This document shows, piece by piece, positions 44,196-49,714 of a stretch of 49,714 bases of DNA. Origin of the DNA: Candidatus Kapaibacterium sp. (GTDB taxonomy: Bacteria > Bacteroidota > Ignavibacteria > Kapaibacteriales > Kapaibacteriaceae); assembly GCA_026390655.1 (NCBI GenBank), contig JAPLFN010000102.1, positions 26,285-75,998 of the forward strand, written 5' to 3'. The notes under the pieces were generated by a model. It saw only the letters and a program-made list of their open reading frames with translations, did no database searches and had not been told where the DNA came from. Position 1 is the first letter of the stretch, and every line of letters begins with the position of its first letter. The translations under genes were made by a program, and so were the position numbers.

Positions 44196-45985
44196 GCGAT
44201 TGGCTGAGCGCTCATACGTGCTCGTATCGCTTCGAGTGTTCCGGTAGGAATTGCATTGATCAGGCGACGTGTGTAGTCATCCTTTGGATGATCATACAAT
44301 TCATTCGAAGTATCCATCTCTACGATCTTCCCTGCATTCATCACGGCTATCCTGTCGCTGATAAACTTTACAACACTGAGATCGTGCGAGATAAAGATGT
44401 ATGTGAGCTTGAACTCATCGCGCAAATCAACGAGAAGGTTCAATACTTGCGCCTGAACCGATACGTCAAGCGCACTGACACTCTCGTCACAGATAAGAAG
44501 TTTTGGTTTCAAGGCCAATGCACGTGCGATACAGATCCGTTGCCTCTGTCCACCCGAAAACTCGTGCGGATAGTTAGAGAAGTGTCGCGGCAGCAGATTC
44601 ACTTTGTCTAGGAGATAAAGGACATGCTCCTTGCGTTCCGCATCATTTGCGCCGATTTTATGGACTGTAAGCGCCTCCATGATCGCACTACCCACGCTGA
44701 GTCGCGGATTAAGGGACGAATAGGGATCCTGGAAGATGATCTGAAAATCTTTCCGCGTTGAAGTAAGCTCGGAATGATTCAGCCCACGGACATCCTTTCC
44801 GTCGAACATTACCGTACCGTCCGTTGGTTCAACGAGGCGCAGTATTGCCCGTCCGGTAGTTGTTTTGCCACATCCGGATTCACCCACAAGTCCTAGTGTC
44901 TCTCCTGGCTTGACGTTGAACGTTATGCCGTCAACTGCCTTAACATTTCCGGTTGTGCGGCCGAAGATCCCCGACTTGATGGGGAAGTAGACCTGTAGAT
45001 CTGTTACATCGAGAAGTGGCTTTGCTTGTGCTAACGACGCATTGCGAATTGCGATCTCTTCCCGAGAAAATTCAAGTTGGTGAACAAGTGCATCGACTGA
45101 TTCTTGCGAACGGACGGTGATCTCACCTGTTTCCGATTCGTCCATGAAGTCGCGAACCGTAGGTAAGATCTTGAGCTTCTTATCTAACCGTGGGCGGCAT
45201 GCAAGGAGCCCCTTTGTGTAGGGATGTTGTGGATTCTCAAAGATCTCTTGGACTGTACCGGACTCAACGATCTTACCCTTGTACATCACAATAACATCGT
45301 CTGCGATTTCCGCGATCACGCCGAGATCATGCGTGATGAACATCATCGACATCCCGTGATCGCGCTGGAGGTTTCGCATGAGATCGAGGATCGTTGCCTG
45401 CACGGTCACGTCGAGCGCTGTTGTGGGCTCGTCTGCGATGAGCAACGAAGGATTGCATGACATTGCCATAGCGATCATCACCCGCTGCTTTTGTCCACCC
45501 GAGAGTTGGTGCGGGTACGACTTCATCATCGTTTCCGGGCGAGGCAGCTTCACTTCATTGAGCAGGTGCAGTGTTCGAACTCGAGCTTCTTCCTTACTCA
45601 CCTTCTGGTGCAACCGAATGGCCTCAATGATCTGATCACCACAGGTGAAAACTGGGTTGAGTGACGTCATCGGCTCCTGAAAGATCATTGCGATCTTGTT
45701 GCCTCTGTAGGTCCGCATCTTCTCTTCGGAGATCTTCAGCAGATCTGTTACAGACGCATCGTCCTCGTGGAAGAGAACCTTGCCACCTGTTATACGCCCG
45801 GGCGGCGTTTGAATGAGGCGCATCACGCTTAGGCTCGTCACGGATTTTCCGGATCCGGATTCACCGACGATGCCGAGAGTACGGCCCTTGTGAACCGTGA
45901 ACGAGACGTCATTGACCGCTTTGACATCATAGACATCCGAGCGGAATTCCGTTACGAGGTTGCGAACCTCAAGAAGTGGTGCCAT
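44192..45985 (-). CDS. Fused double ABC ATPase of the oligopeptide/dipeptide (OppD-OppF / GsiA / YejF) type
   Basis: Two complete NBDs (GESGSGKS...LSGGQKQR...LIADEPTTALD, and GESGCGKT...FSGGQRQR...LICDESVSALD). Each is followed by the Opp-type C-terminal motif (ENPQHPYTKGLL; DHPKDDYTRRLI). Confidence 0.9.
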   Translation of the reverse strand: MAPLLEVRNLVTEFRSDVYDVKAVNDVSFTVHKGRTLGIVGESGSGKSVTSLSVMRLIQTPPGRITGGKVLFHEDDASVTDLLKISEEKMRTYRGNKIAMIFQEPMTSLNPVFTCGDQIIEAIRLHQKVSKEEARVRTLHLLNEVKLPRPETMMKSYPHQLSGGQKQRVMIAMAMSCNPSLLIADEPTTALDVTVQATILDLMRNLQRDHGMSMMFITHDLGVIAEIADDVIVMYKGKIVESGTVQEIFENPQHPYTKGLLACRPRLDKKLKILPTVRDFMDESETGEITVRSQESVDALVHQLEFSREEIAIRNASLAQAKPLLDVTDLQVYFPIKSGIFGRTTGNVKAVDGITFNVKPGETLGLVGESGCGKTTTGRAILRLVEPTDGTVMFDGKDVRGLNHSELTSTRKDFQIIFQDPYSSLNPRLSVGSAIMEALTVHKIGANDAERKEHVLYLLDKVNLLPRHFSNYPHEFSGGQRQRICIARALALKPKLLICDESVSALDVSVQAQVLNLLVDLRDEFKLTYIFISHDLSVVKFISDRIAVMNAGKIVEMDTSNELYDHPKDDYTRRLINAIPTGTLEAIRARMSAQPIA

Positions 45986-46015
45986 AAGGGGTCAAAGATA
46001 CCGAACGTAAGCCTC

Positions 46016-47308
46016 CTAACGACTCGTGAGAATAGCCCCAGCACTCCATTTTAGGTAGATGGTGGAGGTAATTCGCCCGAAGGCCATGGCAAAGGCTGCG
46101 GACAGTGCGCCATTAAGCTGGGTAAAGGTCACCAGTATGATCATGGTGAGGGCAATTCCCCCTACCTCAAGAGCAGTGGAGATGGTGACTTTGACATTCT
46201 GGCGCGCTGTGATCAGGACCGACCGATACAGGGAATAGGCCACAGCAATCGATGGAAGAACCACGAGGATCATTGTGGGCACGAGGGCAAACGAAGCCAA
46301 CTCTTGACGAAGCCCGAACACCGACTGATAGATCATGCCCAATAGAGGTGTGAATGCTATGCAGGCAAGAATCAACGTGGTGCCGATAATGATGCGAATG
46401 CCGACCGCGCGCACAGCCCTATAGTTTTGTTGACGATCGCCAATCATCGCTATGCCCACCTCTTGATAGGAGAATCCAAAGCTTCTAAAGAAGAAGACGA
46501 AAGAATCAACTACCGGTAGAACTGCCAGAGATGCCAAAGCATCAGGCGCTCTGCTCATGAAGAACGCGAGCATTGGCATCACAGCAAATCCAATTGCTGA
46601 AGTCGCTGCTAGTGGCAACCAGAATCTGACGATCTCCGTAGTTGTAAGTCCAACGCCGCCTGTTTCCACAGCGCTCTCGTACATGTGCATGACGTCCTTC
46701 ACCATGTACCGAGTGGCAATTGCCTCGCACATCACCCCGATGGTCAAACTCAACGTCCCCACTACTACACCAGGAAGATCGGAACCAATCATGAGAGCGA
46801 GCGCTGAACTCAGCATTGCTAAGAGACGCACCACAGTACCATACGCTACTAAGCGCGTTTTCCCGTTTCGGATCAGAAGGCCTTGGTAGAAGCGCCTATA
46901 GCCAATTGCCGCCGGCCATGGGATCATGCACACGAAGCCGGTATACATAATCGTTGCAACATCGGTTGGTAGATGAATCATGTCGTATGCCACTCGGTCA
47001 TATACCCACGGAATGCTCACGATGGCCATGCCGAGCGTCACAAGGGCATTAATCCTATAGGTGAAAGATCGCAGTGCGATCATCGAGGCGCGATCTCTGG
47101 CAAGCGCTACAGACGTACTCAAAAGATGAATCACGGGAGATTCGATGAACATTGCCAGTGCTACCGCTACACCGTATGCAGCTAGATTCACCTTGTCAAA
47201 TGGCAGGCGAGCAATGAACGACGTAAGGATGGGGCCCTCAACGGACATCATCATCCAGGTGAAGCTCAACGGGATCCAGAACCGTACCACGTCTCGTGTT
47301 GTTACCAT
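46016..47308 (-). CDS. 12-TM MOP-superfamily-like membrane protein (MATE/flippase-like)
   Basis: Clear internal two-fold repeat (TTRDVVRFWIPLSFTWMMM near aa 3 versus TTTEIVRFWLPLAATSAIG near aa 222), each followed by about six hydrophobic segments. Subfamily not determinable by eye. Confidence 0.72.
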   Translation of the reverse strand: MVTTRDVVRFWIPLSFTWMMMSVEGPILTSFIARLPFDKVNLAAYGVAVALAMFIESPVIHLLSTSVALARDRASMIALRSFTYRINALVTLGMAIVSIPWVYDRVAYDMIHLPTDVATIMYTGFVCMIPWPAAIGYRRFYQGLLIRNGKTRLVAYGTVVRLLAMLSSALALMIGSDLPGVVVGTLSLTIGVMCEAIATRYMVKDVMHMYESAVETGGVGLTTTEIVRFWLPLAATSAIGFAVMPMLAFFMSRAPDALASLAVLPVVDSFVFFFRSFGFSYQEVGIAMIGDRQQNYRAVRAVGIRIIIGTTLILACIAFTPLLGMIYQSVFGLRQELASFALVPTMILVVLPSIAVAYSLYRSVLITARQNVKVTISTALEVGGIALTMIILVTFTQLNGALSAAFAMAFGRITSTIYLKWSAGAILTSR

Positions 47309-47325
47309 TTTTGCAAATTAGGGCT

Positions 47326-48498
47326 ATGAATAGAAAAGCCATCCTCGTTTGCATGCTGATCTTGGCCATTGCGCAGCTCAAGGCCCTTGACACCGTTCGG
47401 GTTTGTTCCTATAACCTGCTGAAGTTCTCGCAGAGCAACGAAGACGGACGCATACCGCAGTTCAAGAGAATCCTCGATAGCATCAGGCCTCACATTATGC
47501 TGAGTCAGGAGGTGGAAGACAACACAGTAGGACCTCGCTTTGTTTCTGAAGTATTCACGTGGGCGCCCTTTGCTGTCTCACCCTACATCGAAGGTCCTGA
47601 TACGGAAAGCCTCGTCTTTTACGATCAGTCGATGTTTGACCTTGTTAGTACGCGCGTTATTCCAACGGACTTGCGAAACATACTCGAGGTCACACTGGCC
47701 CTTCGACCTCACGATGCGGTGCTTGCCGACACCATCGTTGTGTACTCAGTGCACCTCAAAGCATCTGACGGTACAACAGAGGCAGCGCAGCGTTTCAGTG
47801 AGATCACCACCTTGATCAACTCGATGTCTCTGCGACAACGTGTGATCATTTCCGGCGACTTCAACATCTACTCACCAAGCGAACAGGCGTACACAGCGCT
47901 TGTGGGCCCAACGGCGTCACGAAAATTTGTGGACCCTCTTGGGAATAACTGGCGTAGAAACGACGCTGCTTTTGCTAGCATCTACACGCAGTGCACAAGG
48001 AAGGTCACATTAGGATCATGTGGAGGAGGTGTTGACGGCGGACTCGATGATCGATTCGATCTCATTCTCGCTAGCGAAACACTTAGCCCACGTGTGATCT
48101 CGAGCACCTATACTCCGTTCGGCAATGATGGCGTGCCACGACTTAACGACGCGATTGATGTTCCTACCAATACACGTGTAAGTGCAGAGATGGCCGCAGC
48201 ACTCAAGTGTGCGTCTGATCACCTTCCGTCGTTCGTAGACGTGATCCTCGGTGATGTGCAGGCAGGTGTGGATGACGAAACTTCAACCACTCTGCGTGCT
48301 TCGTGGGACGCCCCCTACGTGCACCTAAAGGGGCTTCTCCATGATGGAACGTATCGGTTATACTCGGCGAATGGTAGTCTTGTAGCAACGGTTGTTGCGT
48401 CTTCAACAGAACAACGTTTTCACCTGCCTATGCTTGCCACAGGCAGTTATACGATCAACGGTCCAGAGGGCTCCACACGTTTCGTTGTGGTACGTTAG
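47326..48498 (+). CDS. Secreted endonuclease/exonuclease/phosphatase (EEP) family protein with T9SS-type C-terminal domain
   Basis: Signal peptide MNRKAILVCMLILAIAQLKA. EEP motifs VCSYNLL, LSQEVE, ISGDFNI and CASDHLPSFV. The tail ends ...GSYTINGPEGSTRFVVVR. Start set at ATG 47326. Confidence 0.85.
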   Translation: MNRKAILVCMLILAIAQLKALDTVRVCSYNLLKFSQSNEDGRIPQFKRILDSIRPHIMLSQEVEDNTVGPRFVSEVFTWAPFAVSPYIEGPDTESLVFYDQSMFDLVSTRVIPTDLRNILEVTLALRPHDAVLADTIVVYSVHLKASDGTTEAAQRFSEITTLINSMSLRQRVIISGDFNIYSPSEQAYTALVGPTASRKFVDPLGNNWRRNDAAFASIYTQCTRKVTLGSCGGGVDGGLDDRFDLILASETLSPRVISSTYTPFGNDGVPRLNDAIDVPTNTRVSAEMAAALKCASDHLPSFVDVILGDVQAGVDDETSTTLRASWDAPYVHLKGLLHDGTYRLYSANGSLVATVVASSTEQRFHLPMLATGSYTINGPEGSTRFVVVR

Positions 48499-49714
48499 TA
48501 GATCGCGGCTTCGATCCCCGCTCTGAACCACCGCGGTGCAATTGGTACCCATCCTGCCTCGATCATGGAGGTGTTCCAAAGATTGGAAGCTTCTGCTAGG
48601 ACGCGAAAGCCACCGAAACTCCTTTGAATGCGGAGGTCTCCGATGCCACGCATTACACCGTCGGTATACCGTTCCACAATTCGCACAGTGAACGTGCAAA
48701 GCACGTCCAACGGAAGAGTAACATCGGCTCTGATGATGCTTTGCCAGCGCAACTGATCACGCGTGTATCGAGTAGTAGCTGAAGCCGAGGAAGACACATA
48801 TGCATAGTTCACCGTCCATTGCAACAACGTAAGGGGCGAAGCAGCCCACATACGCTGCACCGGTAATGTTACAACACCTTCTACACCACGGACATTCACC
48901 TGTTCAATATTCTGTGCTACATAGTAGAGCACCGTGTCTTGCTGAACGTAGTCGATGAGGTCATGTCCATTGCGAAGGAATCCGGAAAGGCGAACGTCCA
49001 CATCGCCGATACCTGCATTGCCCCCTACTTCAAAGGTTGTCGCATTTTCAGGACGGAGTGCTGCATTTCCTCGCGTTGTAGGATCGGTGTAATAGAGTTC
49101 TGTATAGGTTGGGATTCTATAGCTTCTGTTGACTGTTGCAAAGAGTCTGTATTGCTCTGAAGGTCGCCATTGGATATCTGCACCGTAGCCCTGGCCCGGA
49201 GTCCGGTCCGAAAACGCCATGAGATTGTATCCCGCCGTTGCAGTGATCTCGTCTGTGAGCACGCCGCGTAATTCAAACGATAAACCACCTCGGACGCGAT
49301 CGTGATCCCCCAGGTTGGAGCTCACGATATTATCTGTTCCAGCTTCGCCGCCGAGTGTTAGCGTCATAAATGAAAACGAGGTCGTAGCAAGAGCCGTAAC
49401 CGTTGCGGAGTTTGTTGTGTGTGTGTTTCGATAGAAACCGGGATCATCGCGCACGAGCAGGAACTCATCACTGTTTCTTCTATAGAGTCCGGTCACGGTT
49501 GTGGTCCATGCACTGGAGATCGGAGCAGAGACCTTTGCACCTGCAAGCCACGTCACTGTCCGCTCCCATGCGTTGGGAAATCGTGGTGAATAGAACAACC
49601 CTGCACCAAAACTCTTGTCAACCCAACCACCGAGCCACGACACAGATGTTGATCCAGTTGTGAGTCCACCGGAAAGAAGTGCAGACGTCATACTCAGATC
49701 CGTCGATTGCCGAT
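48495..49714 (-). CDS. TonB-dependent receptor, C-terminal beta-barrel portion (N-terminus beyond the window end)
   Basis: The frame stays open past the track ATG to nt 49714. TBDR barrel signature RIPTYTELYY...GNAALRPENATTFEVG and an aromatic C-terminus ...FRAGIEAAIY. The stop overlaps the convergent EEP stop (TTAG, 48495-48498). Confidence 0.8.
   Translation of the reverse strand, partial: RQSTDLSMTSALLSGGLTTGSTSVSWLGGWVDKSFGAGLFYSPRFPNAWERTVTWLAGAKVSAPISSAWTTTVTGLYRRNSDEFLLVRDDPGFYRNTHTTNSATVTALATTSFSFMTLTLGGEAGTDNIVSSNLGDHDRVRGGLSFELRGVLTDEITATAGYNLMAFSDRTPGQGYGADIQWRPSEQYRLFATVNRSYRIPTYTELYYTDPTTRGNAALRPENATTFEVGGNAGIGDVDVRLSGFLRNGHDLIDYVQQDTVLYYVAQNIEQVNVRGVEGVVTLPVQRMWAASPLTLLQWTVNYAYVSSSASATTRYTRDQLRWQSIIRADVTLPLDVLCTFTVRIVERYTDGVMRGIGDLRIQRSFGGFRVLAEASNLWNTSMIEAGWVPIAPRWFRAGIEAAIY

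Noticed and set aside
1-49714. CRISPR arrays, tRNA/rRNA genes, transposases, integrases, phage or defence-island genes
   Set aside because: None was found. The only tandem repeats are coding (2403-2508; 38900-47). No repeat-spacer periodicity, cloverleaf-capable intergenic sequence, or DDE/tyrosine-recombinase-like ORF was seen. The window looks like core chromosome rather than a mobile or accessory island.

Overview
Compact, almost fully coding 49.7-kb chromosomal segment of about 50% GC. I call 43 CDS and see no rRNA, tRNA, CRISPR array, transposase or integrase. The host looks like an FCB-group bacterium (Ignavibacteria/Kapabacteria/Bacteroidota-like). That is an inference from five proteins with T9SS-type C-terminal sorting domains and from an F-ATPase operon that lacks atpD/atpC. 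Housekeeping content: obg, radA, an ECF sigma/anti-sigma pair, crtB-like phytoene synthase, atpZ-I-B-E-F-H-A-(hldD)-G, adenosine-kinase-like PfkB, ddl, family-4 UDG, clpC, enoyl-CoA hydratase, dnaX, bcp, tatD, upp. Envelope and secreted content: a reprolysin-like metalloprotease, two tandem S8 subtilases, a 1222-aa beta-propeller/Ig-repeat protein, an EEP-family hydrolase, an OmpA-family protein with a 16-proline hinge, and a partial TonB-dependent receptor. Points most worth a second look: (1) a single ORF in which a complete TatD hydrolase runs in frame into a signal peptide plus an OMP-like beta-barrel. (2) A co-directional block of MOP-like membrane protein, two permease-less ABC ATPases, the giant T9SS cargo, the OmpA protein and a PLP enzyme. 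(3) An ATP-synthase operon with hldD between atpA and atpG, extended by three tightly coupled membrane proteins of unknown function. (4) obg coupled to an unknown repeat-bearing protein behind an ECF sigma/anti-sigma pair. (5) A probable frameshift or overlap junction in a secreted protein. (6) The only large non-coding gap (about 505 bp), which holds an orphan intrinsic terminator. Stop/start overlaps also occur between clearly unrelated genes here, so gene overlap alone is weak evidence of functional linkage. All family calls rest on motifs read by eye. No database search was run.
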